A stretch of DNA of 64,000 nt from positions 6,833-70,832 of the forward strand of contig JAJXVH010000005.1 of NCBI GenBank assembly GCA_021782205.1, read 5' to 3'. The position numbers and the translations under genes were made by a program. The first letter of the stretch is position 1. The number at the start of each line of letters is the position of its first letter. Below, in pieces: positions 1 to 10,335 of the stretch. The notes beneath the pieces were generated by a model. It saw only the letters and a program-made list of their open reading frames with translations, searched no databases and had not been told where the DNA came from. The DNA is from a bacterium. GTDB taxonomy: Bacteria > Elusimicrobiota > Elusimicrobia > UBA1565 > UBA9628.

Positions 1-646
1 GCTCGACCTTCTTCTCCGCCTCGACGGCTTTGTCGAGCGCGTCGCCCAGCCCGCGGACCTCCTCGACGCTCTTCTCGGTCTGCTCTAGACGGCTCTGCAA
101 TTGCGCCGCTTCCGCACGGCGCTTCTCGACTTCCGCGCGCAGAGCCTCGGCCGCGGCGGCGGCTTCGTCGGCGCGCTTGCGGCTGTCGGCATTCTCGTCT
201 TTAAGCGCGGCGGCCTCCGTCTTGCGGGCCTCGACGGCCTGCTTGAGCTCGAAGGCTTCCTTATCTTTCTCGGCCAGCTCCTGGTGCAGGCCGGTCAACT
301 CGGCGTCCTTGACGCGCAGGGATTCCTGAAGCTGAAGCACCGCGTCCTCCAGCATCGCGGTTTTTTCCTGCAGACTGCCCAGCGCGGCCAGATCCTTGAG
401 CGTCGGCTCCGCGGGAAGGCCCGCGAGCGTCAGCACGGGCTGGCGCGCGGTGCGGCCCTGCGCGGCCTTGACCAGTGCGGCGGACAGATCCGGCACCATG
501 CCCGCGCGCTGCCAGTCTCCCATGCTCGTGCCGCGGCGCCCCTCCGGGCAGACGAGGCTCTCGGCGCCGAACGTGTCGAGGCCGTTCAAATCATCCGGGC
601 CGTAAGGCCCCAGTACTTGGTTGCTTTGGAAAACCCAATATTTCAT
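1..646 (-). CDS. 5' part of a gene for a DUF4339 (GYF-like) N-terminal domain protein with long charged coiled coil; 3' end is beyond the window start
   Basis: Minus-strand ATG at 646..644 gives MKYWVFQSNQVLGPYGPDDLNGLDTFGAESLVCPEGRRGTSMGDWQRAGMVPDL (DUF4339-type start). An E/K/R/A/L-rich coiled coil (..SRLEQTEKSVEEVRGLGDALDKAVEAEKKVE) follows and runs in frame with no stop to position 1. Absent from the ORF track only because no stop lies inside the window. Confidence 0.5.
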   Translation of the reverse strand, partial: MKYWVFQSNQVLGPYGPDDLNGLDTFGAESLVCPEGRRGTSMGDWQRAGMVPDLSAALVKAAQGRTARQPVLTLAGLPAEPTLKDLAALGSLQEKTAMLEDAVLQLQESLRVKDAELTGLHQELAEKDKEAFELKQAVEARKTEAAALKDENADSRKRADEAAAAAEALRAEVEKRRAEAAQLQSRLEQTEKSVEEVRGLGDALDKAVEAEKKVE

Positions 647-787
647 AGCGCTTCAATTATAGAGACTGCGCGCGCCGCGGCGATGTCGCAATTGTTAAGC
701 CTCGCGCACCTCAGGATAGCCCTGTGGACGCGTCCGCGTCAAGACGCGCTGGACGTCCGCGGCGCGATTTTGCTATAAACTCACCCA

Positions 788-861
788 GGACGATTAGCTC
801 AACTGGTTAGAGCAGGACCCTCTTAAGGTCAAGGTTCTCGGTTCGAGTCCGAGATCGTCCA
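788..861 (+). tRNA. tRNA-Lys (anticodon CTT)
   Basis: 74-nt cloverleaf: acceptor GGACGAT/ATCGTCC, D-arm GCTC-AACTGGTTA-GAGC, anticodon loop CTCTTAA (U33, CTT, A37), T-arm CTCGG-TTCGAGT-CCGAG, discriminator A; no encoded CCA. Confidence 0.85.
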
Positions 862-913
862 AAACTTTGCAGCCGTGCGAGGACCGAAGACGCTTCGGTC
901 CTCTTTTGATTTC

Positions 914-994
914 GGGCGGGTGGCGGAACGGCAGACGCGCGCGGCTTAGGACCGCGTGCCGAAAGGCGTGGGGGTTCGAGTCCCCCCCCGCCCA
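914..994 (+). tRNA. tRNA-Leu (anticodon TAG), long variable arm
   Basis: 81 nt: acceptor GGGCGGG/CCCGCCC, anticodon stem CGCGG/CCGCG with loop CTTAGGA, 13-nt variable arm TGCCGAAAGGCGT, T-arm GGGGG-TTCGAGT-CCCCC. Confidence 0.85.
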
Positions 995-1017
995 CGCGAC
1001 TCTCCGTGGAGGCATCA

Positions 1018-2286
1018 ATGGGATTGTTCACGTCGGCCAAGCCGGAAGCGAAGTTCAAGAAGATCAAGGAAGAGGGCTGCGTCGTCACGCTCTCCGTCGA
1101 GATTCCGGCGCAGGAGATGACCGACGCCACGCAGACGGCGCTGGTGCGCGTGCAGAGCCGCGCGCAGATTCCGGGCTTCCGGCCCGGCAAGGCGCCGCTG
1201 GCCGTGGTCACGCAGCACTTCACCGGCCGCGCCCGCCAGGAGGCCGTCGACGTGCTCCTGCGCAAGCACATCCCCACCGCGCTTGATTCGCTCAAGCTGC
1301 GCGCCGTCGAGGCTCCCGCCATCGAGGACATGAAGTGGGAGGAAGGCAAGCCCCTGGCGCTGACCTTGGCCGTGGAGGTCGCCCCCACGCCGACCGCCAA
1401 GGACTACGCGAAGATTCCCGTGACGCGCAAGCCGCGGACCGCCGACGCGGCCGCGCTCGACAAGCGCCTGCAGGAACTGCGCGAGTCCCACGCGCGTCTG
1501 GAGGTCGCCCCGGAGGACGCGGTGGCCGCCACGCACTTCGCGGTGATCGACTACGCGGCCGCGCGCGACGGCAAGCCCCTGGCCAACGCGAAGGGCACGG
1601 CGGAACTGGTGGACATGTCGGCCGAGCAGTCCGTCGAGGGCCTGACCGCGGGCCTGCTGGGCCTCAAGCGCGGCGAGAGCCGCGCGCTGAAGGTCAAGCT
1701 CGGCGGCAAGGACGCGGATCTGACCGTGACCCTGACCGAGATCAAGACCAAGGTCCTGCCCCCGGTCGACGCCGAGTTCGCCAAGGACATGGGCTTCGAG
1801 ACGCTCGACGAGTTGAAGGCGAAGCTCAAGGAAATCCTCGACCGCGAGGTCGCGCAGGAGTCCGACGCCGACGCCTCGCGCCAGATCGAGCAGGCGCTGG
1901 TCAAGGCCAACAAGTTTCCGCTGCCCCCGTCCATGGTCGAGCGCCAGCTCCAGGACATGCTGGAGCGCTTCCAGCGCCAGCTCGGCTCCGTGAAGCTGCC
2001 GGAGAAAAGCGTGGCCGACCTCAACGAGAAGATGCGCACGGCCGCCGAGGACTCGGTGCGCCTCTCCTTCGTGCTGGGCGCCATCGCCGAAAAGGAGAAG
2101 ATCGCCGCGACCGACGCGGAGATCGCCGCGGAGCTGGAGGCCGGGCTCAAGGACGCGGAGAGCGAGGACAAGAAGAAGGAGCTGCGCGACCTCTTCGAGC
2201 GCCGCAAGGACCAGATCGCGCACATGCTGCGCGAGCGCAAGGTCATGGCTTTCCTGCGCGACAAGGCCGCCTACACGGACGCATAA
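1018..2286 (+). CDS. tig: trigger factor (ribosome-associated peptidyl-prolyl isomerase/chaperone)
   Basis: GGAGG 6 nt upstream of ATG at 1018. N-terminal ribosome-binding signature GFRPGKAP is present, the length is about 420 aa, and the gene is followed by clpP and lon. Confidence 0.9.
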   Translation: MGLFTSAKPEAKFKKIKEEGCVVTLSVEIPAQEMTDATQTALVRVQSRAQIPGFRPGKAPLAVVTQHFTGRARQEAVDVLLRKHIPTALDSLKLRAVEAPAIEDMKWEEGKPLALTLAVEVAPTPTAKDYAKIPVTRKPRTADAAALDKRLQELRESHARLEVAPEDAVAATHFAVIDYAAARDGKPLANAKGTAELVDMSAEQSVEGLTAGLLGLKRGESRALKVKLGGKDADLTVTLTEIKTKVLPPVDAEFAKDMGFETLDELKAKLKEILDREVAQESDADASRQIEQALVKANKFPLPPSMVERQLQDMLERFQRQLGSVKLPEKSVADLNEKMRTAAEDSVRLSFVLGAIAEKEKIAATDAEIAAELEAGLKDAESEDKKKELRDLFERRKDQIAHMLRERKVMAFLRDKAAYTDA

Positions 2287-2309
2287 CCTTTCGTCCAACG
2301 GTCTTAACT

Positions 2310-2351
2310 GCGGCGTCGGCCTTAGGGCCGGCGCCGCGTTGCTTTATTTCG
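2310..2351 (+). terminator. rho-independent terminator after tig
   Basis: GCGGCGTCGGCC-TTAG-GGCCGGCGCCGC hairpin followed by GTTGCTTTATTTCG. Confidence 0.6.
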
Positions 2352-2418
2352 ATGTTCCATCAAGACGCGAAGCCGAAGCGTCCTTGAGGGTCGGCTTCCA
2401 AAGAGCTAGACTCTGACC

Positions 2419-3027
2419 ATGCCCAACCTGATTCCCACCGTGCTCGAGCGCTGGTCCGGCGGTTCCGCGACGTCCTACGACATCTTCTCTCGCCTTCTTC
2501 AGGAGCGCATCATCTTCGTCGGCGGCGAGGACGGCGCGGTGACCACGGACTCCGCCAATAATCTGATTTCACAGATACTGTATCTGGACTCCCAGGACTC
2601 TCAAAAAGACATCAACCTCTACATCAATTCCCCGGGCGGCATGGTCTCGGCGGGCCTGGCGGTCTACGACACGATGCAGTTCGTGCGCGCGCCGATTTCC
2701 ACGCTGTGCATGGGGATGGCGATGAGCTTCGGCGCGGTGCTGCTGGCCGCGGGGGCCAAGGGCAAGCGCTTCATCCTGCCGCACGCGCGCGTGATGATCC
2801 ACCAGCCTCTGATCCGCGGCGGCATGGGCGGGCAGGAGAGCGACGTCCGCATCGAGGGCAAGGAAATGGCGGCCACGCGACGGCGTTTGTCGGAAATCTT
2901 GGCGCGGCATTGCGGCAAGCCTTACGAGGACGTCGATCGCGATGTGGAGCGAAACTTCTACCTGTCGGCCGAGGAAGCCGTGGCCTACGGCCTGGCCGAC
3001 AAGGTCGTGCCGGCGGCCAAGCCGTGA
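2419..3027 (+). CDS. clpP: ATP-dependent Clp protease proteolytic subunit
   Basis: 202 aa with the typical ClpP sequence (..[21 protein letters not shown].. [22 protein letters not shown]). Confidence 0.95.
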   Translation: MPNLIPTVLERWSGGSATSYDIFSRLLQERIIFVGGEDGAVTTDSANNLISQILYLDSQDSQKDINLYINSPGGMVSAGLAVYDTMQFVRAPISTLCMGMAMSFGAVLLAAGAKGKRFILPHARVMIHQPLIRGGMGGQESDVRIEGKEMAATRRRLSEILARHCGKPYEDVDRDVERNFYLSAEEAVAYGLADKVVPAAKP

Positions 3028-5459
3028 GCGAAAAGAAAAATCCCGCGCCGCGTTCCGTTCGTCCCACGCGCCTGCCCCTGCTGGCCGTGCGCGACGTGGT
3101 GATGTTTCCGCACATGGTCCTGCCACTGTCGGTGGGACGGCCGAAGTCGGTGAAGGCCATCGAGGCGGCGATGGCCAAGCACGGCAAACTGCTGGTCGTC
3201 GCGGCGCAGAAGGACGTGGCCGTCGAGGATCCCAAGGTCGACGACGTCTACAAGACCGGCGTCCTGGTGGAGGTCGTCCAGTACCTGCGCATGCCCGACG
3301 GAACGCTCAAGGTCTTCCTGCAGGGCCACGCGCGCGCCGCGCTGGAGACGATGGAGTTCTCGCAGGACGACGGGCACTGGAACGCGAAGCTGGCCTATCC
3401 GGAGCCCGCCGCGCGCAACACGGCGGAGCTCAAGGCGCTGATGCGCCACGCCGTCGAGGCCGGCGAGGAGCACGCCAAGCTCTCGCGGCGCTCGCCCGGC
3501 GAGCTGGCCGCCCTGCCGCAGATCGAGGATCCTTCTGAATTCGCCGATTCCGCCGCCGCGGCGCTGGTCGCCAAGCCCGCGGACCGGCAGACGCTTTTGG
3601 AGACGCTCGACGTCAAAGAGCGCCTGGAAAAGCTCGTCGTGATGATCAAGGCCGACGTCGAGATCCTCAACCTCGACCGCAAGATCCACACGCGCGTCAA
3701 GACTCAGATCGAGAAGACGCAGAAGGAGTACTACCTCAACGAGCAGATGAAGGCGATCCAGAAGGAACTGCGCCAGAAGGACGACTTCGCGCAGGAAATC
3801 GAGGATCTCAAGAAGGCGGTGAAGGACGCGAAGATGCCGGAGGTCGCGGAAACCGCCGCGCAGAAGGAGATCGGCCGCCTGGAGAAGATGGCGCCGTTTT
3901 CCCCCGAGTCCACGGTCAGCCGCACCTATCTGGACTGGATGGTCCACCTGCCCTGGTCGAAGCGCACGCGCGACACCCTCGACCTGCCCAAGGCGCAGAA
4001 GATCCTCGACGAGGACCACGCGGGGCTTCCGAAGGTCAAGGAGCGCGTGCTCGAATACCTGGCGGTGACCAAGCTCACCAAAGGCCTGCGCGGCCCGATC
4101 CTGTGCTTCGCCGGTCCTCCCGGCGTGGGCAAGACGTCCTTGGCCAAGTCCATCGCCCGCTCGCTTGGGCGCAAGTTCGTGCGCATGTCCCTGGGCGGCG
4201 TGCGCGACGAAGCCGAGATCCGCGGCCACCGCCGCACCTACATCGGCAGCCTGCCCGGACGCCTCATCCAGCATCTGCGCAAGGCCGGCTCTAAAAATCC
4301 GCTGATCCTGCTCGACGAGATCGACAAGATGGGCATGGACTGGCGCGGCGATCCGTCGGCGGCGCTGCTCGAGGTCCTGGACCCGGAGCAGAACGCCACC
4401 TTCCTGGACCACTACCTGGACGTGGAGTTCGATCTCTCCGAGGTGATGTTCGTCTGCACGGCCAACGAACTGGCGAGCATTCCGGTCACCCTGCGCGACC
4501 GCTTGGAGGTCCTGAATTTCTCCGGCTACACGTTGTCGGAGAAAGTCGCCATCGCGCGTACGCATCTTCTGCCCAAGGCGCTGGAGACCCACGGTCTTAA
4601 GCCCGAGCAGATGACCCTGACCGACGCGGCGCTGGAGCGCGTCGTGGAGGAATACACCCGCGAGTCCGGCGTGCGCCACCTGGAGCGCGAAATCTCCTCG
4701 CTGTGCCGCAAGGCCGCGCGGCGCGCGCTGTCTGAGAAACCCGAGACCTCGTCCTGGGACGCGGCCGACGTGCCCCGGCTGCTGGGACCGGCGAAATTTC
4801 CGCGCGAGAAGAACTCGCACAACGGCGTGGGCGTGTCCACGGGCCTGGCCTGGAGCGAGGTCGGCGGTTCGACCATGGCCGTCGAGGCCGTGGCGCTGCC
4901 GGGCCGCGGCCTGGTCAAGATCACCGGCCGCCTGGGCGAGGTCATGCAGGAATCGGCGCAGGCCGCGCTCTCCCACGTGCGCTCCATCGCCGAGGAGCTG
5001 GGCGTGGCTCCGGAGTTCTTCCGGCGCCACGACTTCCACCTGCACTTCCCCGAAGGGGCCGTGCCCAAGGACGGCCCCTCGGCCGGCATCGCCATCGCCA
5101 CCGCGCTGGCCAGCCTGGCCTCGCTGCGGCCGGTCGTGTCCGACCTGGCGATGACCGGCGAGATCACCTTGCGCGGCCGCGTCCTGCCCATCGGCGGCTT
5201 GAAGGAAAAGCTTCTGGCCGCCGACCGGGAGGGCCTGAAGACCGTGCTGATCCCGGAGGCGAACGTCAAGGACTTGGAAGACGTCCCGGCCGAGGTCCGC
5301 GCGCGCCTCAAGATCGTGCCGGTCAAGCACTTCCGCGAGGTCGCCGCGCTGGCGCTGGGCGCCGCCGAGGCCGCACCGCAGACGAAGACGAAGCCCGCGT
5401 GGCGAGCCCCCGGCTCCGCCACGTCCGACCAGCCGCCCCACCGCGGCGGCGTCGCTTGA
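3024..5459 (+). CDS. lon: ATP-dependent protease Lon
   Basis: GTG at 3024 overlaps the clpP stop (GTGA). It has a Lon N-domain, AAA+ Walker [10 protein letters not shown] and a C-terminal S16 protease with PKDGPSAG. The ORF-track 5' extension back to 2706 overlaps clpP and is spurious. Confidence 0.95.
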   Translation: MSEKKNPAPRSVRPTRLPLLAVRDVVMFPHMVLPLSVGRPKSVKAIEAAMAKHGKLLVVAAQKDVAVEDPKVDDVYKTGVLVEVVQYLRMPDGTLKVFLQGHARAALETMEFSQDDGHWNAKLAYPEPAARNTAELKALMRHAVEAGEEHAKLSRRSPGELAALPQIEDPSEFADSAAAALVAKPADRQTLLETLDVKERLEKLVVMIKADVEILNLDRKIHTRVKTQIEKTQKEYYLNEQMKAIQKELRQKDDFAQEIEDLKKAVKDAKMPEVAETAAQKEIGRLEKMAPFSPESTVSRTYLDWMVHLPWSKRTRDTLDLPKAQKILDEDHAGLPKVKERVLEYLAVTKLTKGLRGPILCFAGPPGVGKTSLAKSIARSLGRKFVRMSLGGVRDEAEIRGHRRTYIGSLPGRLIQHLRKAGSKNPLILLDEIDKMGMDWRGDPSAALLEVLDPEQNATFLDHYLDVEFDLSEVMFVCTANELASIPVTLRDRLEVLNFSGYTLSEKVAIARTHLLPKALETHGLKPEQMTLTDAALERVVEEYTRESGVRHLEREISSLCRKAARRALSEKPETSSWDAADVPRLLGPAKFPREKNSHNGVGVSTGLAWSEVGGSTMAVEAVALPGRGLVKITGRLGEVMQESAQAALSHVRSIAEELGVAPEFFRRHDFHLHFPEGAVPKDGPSAGIAIATALASLASLRPVVSDLAMTGEITLRGRVLPIGGLKEKLLAADREGLKTVLIPEANVKDLEDVPAEVRARLKIVPVKHFREVAALALGAAEAAPQTKTKPAWRAPGSATSDQPPHRGGVA

Positions 5460-5479
5460 GGAGCGCGCACGAGGTTCCC

Positions 5480-6571
5480 ATGACCCACCGCAACATCATG
5501 CTCACCCCCGGCCCCACCCCCCTGCCGCCGCAGGTGCTGGAGGCCATGGCCCGCCCTCTCATCCATCACCGCACCGAGGAGTTCGGCGCGCTGTTCGCCT
5601 CCGTGCTCGAAGACATGAAGTGGGTCTACCGCACGAAGGGCACGGTGCTGATGATGACGTGCTCGGGCACGGGGGCGATGGAATCGGCCGTGACCAATCT
5701 GCTTTCCCCCGGAGATGCGTCGCTGATCTGCACCACCGGAGCGTTCGGCGACCGCTTTGTCGCCATTCAGAAGGCGTTCGGACTTTCTCCCGAGGTTCTC
5801 CCCTTCGAGTGGGGCCGCGCCGTGGACGCCGACGCCCTGCGCGCCAAGCTCAAGACGCTCAAAGGCCTGAAGGCCGTTTTTCTTCAGCACACCGACACCT
5901 CGACGGGCATCGTCAACGACCTGAAGGCTCTGGCCCGCGTGGTGCGCGAGGAATCGGGCGCCCTGGTCGTCGTCGACTCGGTGTCCGGCCTGGCCTGCGA
6001 GCCGCTGGAAATGGACGCCTGGGGCCTGGACGCGGTGGTGACCGGCTCCCAAAAGGGCTTGATGAACGCGCCGGGGCTGGGCTTCGTCGCTCTTTCCGAG
6101 CGCGCCGAGAATGCCGTCGCCGCGGCGCGTCTGCCGCGCTTCAACTTCGACTATCGTCTCATAAAAGCGTCCCTCGCGCAGCGCGAAACGCCCTGGACGC
6201 CCGCGATCTCGATCGTCGTCGGTCAAGCCGCGGCGCTGAAGCTCCTGCGCGCCGAAGGCCTGGACGCGGTCTGGACGCGGCACTTCGCGCTGGCCGACCA
6301 CGCGCGCGCTCGGCTCAAGGACGCGCTGGGCCTGCCGTTCTTCGCCAAAAATCCGGCCAATATCCTCACCGGCGTGATTCTGCCCGAAGGCGTGGACGGC
6401 AATAAGCTTCTCGCCGACATCCTGCGCGAGGAAGGCATCTCCATCGCGGGCGGGCAGATGCATCTCAAAGGGAAAATATTCCGGCTGGCGCACATGGCCT
6501 ACATCTCCAAGTCCGACGTGGACGCCGGCGTCGAGGCTCTCGCGCGGCGGCTGGCGAAGGCGAAGGTTTGA
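5480..6571 (+). CDS. class V aminotransferase (serine-pyruvate / phosphoserine aminotransferase family)
   Basis: ATG at 5480 with GAGG 6-9 nt upstream. N-terminal MLTPGPTPLPPQVLEAM..IHHRTEEF and a PLP-fold pattern; the ORF-track start at 5399 is an upstream extension. Confidence 0.8.
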   Translation: MTHRNIMLTPGPTPLPPQVLEAMARPLIHHRTEEFGALFASVLEDMKWVYRTKGTVLMMTCSGTGAMESAVTNLLSPGDASLICTTGAFGDRFVAIQKAFGLSPEVLPFEWGRAVDADALRAKLKTLKGLKAVFLQHTDTSTGIVNDLKALARVVREESGALVVVDSVSGLACEPLEMDAWGLDAVVTGSQKGLMNAPGLGFVALSERAENAVAAARLPRFNFDYRLIKASLAQRETPWTPAISIVVGQAAALKLLRAEGLDAVWTRHFALADHARARLKDALGLPFFAKNPANILTGVILPEGVDGNKLLADILREEGISIAGGQMHLKGKIFRLAHMAYISKSDVDAGVEALARRLAKAKV

Positions 6572-7278
6572 TGGGTTTCCGTCCCCCGACATCGCCGCCC
6601 GTTCGTTTCGCCGCCGCGCTCTGCGCGGGTGTTCTTTTCATTGCGGCATCGGCCCATGCCGCGCAATCGCGCACGATCATGCCTCAGGAACTGCAAGATC
6701 GGCTCTATTCGATTTATAACTCAACAAGCGCCGCGCCGTCCATGAAAATCCGCGCCTGGAGAGAATTGCGCGCCGTTATCCACCCGCTACCGCCTCCCAA
6801 CTTCACCTGGCCCGCCGCCTCCTCGACCGCGTCGGCGTTGATCTCGGCCGCGAAAGGCGGTCGCGTCTTCCGCGCAGACAACGCCGAAATATCAATTGCT
6901 GCGGGTGCTTTGCTTACAGACCAGACCGTCACGATCTCGACGCCCGCGGCGCGCGGCGCGGACGAGGAGTCCGCCATGGTCCGAGCGGCGTCGGCGGCGG
7001 GCCTGCTCGTCGCGTCCGACGGCGTCGAGTTCGGTCCAACGGGAACGCGTCTGCGCCGCGCGACCGCCGTGGTCGTCCCTTATTCGGCGGCGCTCGCCCG
7101 AGCCGCCGGCTTAAGGGACTTCGATCTGGCGATCTACCTCTGGAACCCATCCGCACGTCAATGGGTGAGGCTACCGTCCCTGATCGACACCGCCAATCAT
7201 ACGGCCACGACCCGGATTTTCGCCTTCTCGCTTTGCAAGATCTTCGGCGCGCCGCGGGTATCGTCAGGAGTCCGATAA
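6571..7278 (+). CDS. secreted hypothetical protein (signal peptide)
   Basis: TGATG overlap with the aminotransferase stop; N-terminal hydrophobic signal ..FAAALCAGVLFIAASAHAAQS; no recognisable domain. Confidence 0.5.
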   Translation: MGFRPPTSPPVRFAAALCAGVLFIAASAHAAQSRTIMPQELQDRLYSIYNSTSAAPSMKIRAWRELRAVIHPLPPPNFTWPAASSTASALISAAKGGRVFRADNAEISIAAGALLTDQTVTISTPAARGADEESAMVRAASAAGLLVASDGVEFGPTGTRLRRATAVVVPYSAALARAAGLRDFDLAIYLWNPSARQWVRLPSLIDTANHTATTRIFAFSLCKIFGAPRVSSGVR

Positions 7279-7279
7279 A

Positions 7280-9400
7280 ATGCGAGGCAGCGGAAGCCGC
7301 CGCCGCTGGTTGCTTGCGGTGGTGCTCGTCGCCCTCGCATCCGCCGCGCGCGCCGACCCGCTTCCGCAACAGGTTTACTATTCGACCTTCACGACATACG
7401 CGGGTTTGCCGTTCTCGATGACGCCCGATCCTGCGGGAAACGCCTACATACTATCGGATATCGGCGTCTCCGAGGTGTCGCCGCAGGGTGCGATTTCAAG
7501 CCTCGCCGGAGCCGTCAGCGGCGTTGCGTATTTCCCCATCGCACTCGCGGTCAATCCGGCGAGCGAAGCGGTGTACTACACTTGGCAGGATTGGAACTTT
7601 CTCGGCAACAACGTCACGGGTAATTACATTGTGCGGGTGGGTAGCGGCACCGTGCAGGTGCCGACGACGGCATACGCGTCCTATGTGAGCGGCGTGGCCG
7701 TGGATTCGACCACGGGGCACGTTTATGTCGTCGAGACGTATTCCAACGACGCCGCGCAATACACCAACGGCGTGCAGGTGCTTGAGTACGACTCGGCACT
7801 GAACGGTCCACTGCACAGCGCGGACATCGATCCGGGAGCGCCGGTCGACATCCAGGCGTTCGGTCAATCGGCGGTGACGGACGGTTCAGGAAACATCTAC
7901 GTAGTCGCGACCCAGTGCGGCAGCCCGCTGATGAGTCCGCCATGCGCCCTGCTGGCGGTGAAGTTCTCGCCGCACTTGGCGGGAAAGCTCTACAGCAGCC
8001 TGGTCAGTATCGGCGTTCCAGGAAATTTTCCGTTCAGCGAGGACATCGCAGTGAACCCGGCGGGCGAGGCGTTCATAGCCGGGGTCACGCCGTTGTCGGG
8101 GGTGGGGGCCAACGGCTCCAACTACTACACTGGAGGCGTGCTGGTTAAACTGAACCCGGCGGGAGCGACCGACTTCGTGAGGAACACGCTCGGGCTCGCC
8201 TCCGGCACGCAGAACAGCGACATCTACGCAGTAGCGGCGGACGCGGACGGCGACGGTTACGTGTTGGCGAACTTGTATAGCAGTAATTATCCATACGAGT
8301 CCATTGCCCATGCGGTCAAATACAGCACGGGTGGAGCCGTCGCGTGGAACTTCCCCGTTTTCAATGGGCTAGCGGGCGGGGAAGGCACGGCGATCGCGAC
8401 GGACGCGCAGGGCAACGTCTACATGGCTGGCATCAGCCAGGGTAGCGCGACTTACTTTGACGCAGCCACCATCGCGGCGAAGTACGGCCAGGTGAGTCAG
8501 AAGTTGCTGCGCATCTCGACGGGCGCTTTGACCGTCTCGCCGGCGCCGCCGACCTATCCCGGAGTCCAGTTGTCCGGCAACCCGTCGACCACGGTGGAGA
8601 TCGACCTGCTCGACGCGACCGGCGCGCCCCTGCCGCAGCAGGCCGCGGTCGACCTCGCCGTGACCGAGGCGCCGCTCTCCGGCGGGCACGCCCACGACAA
8701 CGCCCGCCCGGTCGGCACGCTCTCCTGGCAAGGCGGCCCGGCGTCAAGCTCCATGACCGCGACGACGAACGCGAGCGGACAATTGTTCGTCGTTTACGCC
8801 TCGACGTCGTTCGGCGGCCAGGAGACCATCACCGCGTCGCTCGCCGACGATGCGAGCGTTTCGACGTCGGCGGTCGTGAACGTTGGCGTGGTGGATTCCG
8901 ACGGACTGGGGCTTGTCGATCTTTCGACCTTGCCTATTGCGTCTTTTGCGCGCTTGACAGGAAACACGCTGCCGACCACCTACGCGGGCTGCCCGGGATA
9001 CTCCACGCAAAATCACCCTTCGAACCATTGGGCGACCGGCGACACGATAGCACGGGCGCTGTCGGCGATCGTCGAGTTCTACAATGAGACGGGAATCCGG
9101 CTCGGCATCAACGACATGGGCCTGCCCAACGGAGGGATATTCGACATCTGCGGGGACTGGCAGTTGACTGCTTTCATAAACAAGAGGAACAAAGTGAGCA
9201 TAAAGGGTCATCAATGTCATCGTGGCGGGAACAGTATTGATATCGACAGTAACGATGTCAACGGCATAGCCCTTACAAAACATCAGCTCCAAGTCTTGGA
9301 TGATGCGATGTCGAAATTCGGCGGGCAAAAGGTCAACGAAGGGCCAATCCACTATCAGTTTCCTGGCCCCGAGATTTGCTTCAGGAAGGGAGGACAGTGA
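7280..9400 (+). CDS. large secreted multi-domain protein: signal peptide, beta-propeller (SBBP-like) repeats, Ig-like domain, variable Cys/His-containing C-terminal domain (polymorphic-toxin-like)
   Basis: Signal peptide MRGSGSRRRWLLAVVLVALASAARA is followed by repeated G(N/D)(I/V)Y(V/M)xA..S motifs. The Ig-like stretch (8537-8746) is duplicated downstream. The last about 210 aa (DICGDW, GHQCHRGGNSIDIDSND motifs) are encoded by visibly AT-richer DNA. Confidence 0.7.
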   Translation: MRGSGSRRRWLLAVVLVALASAARADPLPQQVYYSTFTTYAGLPFSMTPDPAGNAYILSDIGVSEVSPQGAISSLAGAVSGVAYFPIALAVNPASEAVYYTWQDWNFLGNNVTGNYIVRVGSGTVQVPTTAYASYVSGVAVDSTTGHVYVVETYSNDAAQYTNGVQVLEYDSALNGPLHSADIDPGAPVDIQAFGQSAVTDGSGNIYVVATQCGSPLMSPPCALLAVKFSPHLAGKLYSSLVSIGVPGNFPFSEDIAVNPAGEAFIAGVTPLSGVGANGSNYYTGGVLVKLNPAGATDFVRNTLGLASGTQNSDIYAVAADADGDGYVLANLYSSNYPYESIAHAVKYSTGGAVAWNFPVFNGLAGGEGTAIATDAQGNVYMAGISQGSATYFDAATIAAKYGQVSQKLLRISTGALTVSPAPPTYPGVQLSGNPSTTVEIDLLDATGAPLPQQAAVDLAVTEAPLSGGHAHDNARPVGTLSWQGGPASSSMTATTNASGQLFVVYASTSFGGQETITASLADDASVSTSAVVNVGVVDSDGLGLVDLSTLPIASFARLTGNTLPTTYAGCPGYSTQNHPSNHWATGDTIARALSAIVEFYNETGIRLGINDMGLPNGGIFDICGDWQLTAFINKRNKVSIKGHQCHRGGNSIDIDSNDVNGIALTKHQLQVLDDAMSKFGGQKVNEGPIHYQFPGPEICFRKGGQ
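8537..8746. repeat. 210-bp direct repeat, copy 1 (inside the 7280..9400 gene; encodes ..PPTYPGVQLSGNPSTTVEIDLLDATGAPLPQQAAVDLAVTEAPLSGGHAHDN..TLSWQG..)
   Basis: Aligns base-for-base with 10407..10616 with about 13 mismatches and no indels. Confidence 0.85.
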
Positions 9401-9402
9401 CT

Positions 9403-10335
9403 ATGTTCCTGCATCTCGCAGTTGGTGCGTGCTGTTTTTTTCCCGGACTATTGCATGCGCAAACGCTCGCCATGCCCGCGGGAATTCCTCTTACAACCGC
9501 AACTGTCAGCGTCGCGGTGAGTTATGATCCGACGAACTATATTTTCATCTACTCCTACTCCGTGTCCAACTCCAAACAGAGTGCGGGAAAAATCGATGCT
9601 CTCAATATTGATATATCGACCGCGCCTAATGGCGCGAGCTTGGGTTCAAACGATCTTCTCAACGGTGCAACGGGATACTCTGGTTTCGGTTCGGCAACAA
9701 GCTTAGCCGATTCCGTCGGAAATGCGACTATACCAGTCGGTTTTAAATCACAGCCGGCCGGCTGGAGTTCGGGGCCAACGGCGCAATTTACTGCAAGCTG
9801 GTATGGCCCCCTTCCTCCGGGCGACTATATCGCTCCGGGAGAATCTCTTGGTGCATTTGTTCTAACCAGCCATGGCCTGCCAGGCATCCGTCATTTTGCA
9901 GTTCGGCCAGCATACAATTCCGCCGATTTTCTGCCGGGGATCGACGACGACTCCAGCGAGGCCACGCAAATTTCTGATCTCGACAACGAAATACAGCGCG
10001 TGATCCAATCTCAGGGATACACGATCGGCCCCGTTCAGCCGCCGAGCCTCACGGATAGCGGCCAGCTCCTGGATTTCATGGCCGCGCTCAAGCACCAGGC
10101 CGCCTCCCTGGGCTGGATATACGGCCCGGGCTCGGACGGGATCGTGCGAAGCCTGGACGCGAAGCTGACCGCCGCGAAGGCGTCGGCCGCCTCCGGCGAC
10201 GGCAAGGCCGCGATCAATCAGCTTAATGCCTTCATCAATGAGCTTCAGGCTCAGCGCGGCAAGACGATCAGCGACAACGCGTTCTATCTGCTCCAGCCCA
10301 ACGCGCAGTTCATCATCTCAAAACTGGGCTCATGA
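9403..10335 (+). CDS. secreted/periplasmic hypothetical protein; candidate immunity partner of the upstream C-terminal domain
   Basis: ATG at 9403 starts 3 nt after the upstream stop. Signal peptide MFLHLAVGACCFFPGLLHAQT. The gene is low G+C relative to its surroundings (especially the 5' half) and matches no known family. Confidence 0.55.
   Translation: MFLHLAVGACCFFPGLLHAQTLAMPAGIPLTTATVSVAVSYDPTNYIFIYSYSVSNSKQSAGKIDALNIDISTAPNGASLGSNDLLNGATGYSGFGSATSLADSVGNATIPVGFKSQPAGWSSGPTAQFTASWYGPLPPGDYIAPGESLGAFVLTSHGLPGIRHFAVRPAYNSADFLPGIDDDSSEATQISDLDNEIQRVIQSQGYTIGPVQPPSLTDSGQLLDFMAALKHQAASLGWIYGPGSDGIVRSLDAKLTAAKASAASGDGKAAINQLNAFINELQAQRGKTISDNAFYLLQPNAQFIISKLGS

Noticed and set aside
1015-2298. 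Long antisense or alternative-frame ORFs overlapping tig (1015..2298 minus, 1335..2387 plus).

The same pattern is seen at 2985..5441 (minus, 818 aa, antisense to lon), 4526..6592 (minus), 10759..12495 (minus), 34555..36249 (minus), 36322..37743 (minus), 46488..47564 (minus), 47916..49166 (minus), 49081..49986 (minus), 51873..53114 (plus), 53187..54344 (plus), 60501..61640 (minus) and 61973..62683 (minus).
   Set aside because: These are typical stop-codon-poor shadow ORFs of a high-G+C genome. Their translations are low-complexity R/A/G/P-rich with no motifs. The overlapping frames carry clear, well-known protein signatures with proper RBS and start context.
2706-5459. 917-aa version of lon starting inside clpP
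   Set aside because: The upstream 106 codons overlap clpP in another frame and are R/G-rich. The GTG at 3024 with a Lon N-terminus right after the clpP stop is the real start.
8369-8754. Minus-strand ORFs inside the repeat region (8369..8731, 8433..8747, 8554..8754 and their twins 10330..10704, 10424..10741)
   Set aside because: These are shadow ORFs duplicated because the underlying DNA is duplicated; their translations are Arg/Ala/Gly-rich without signatures.
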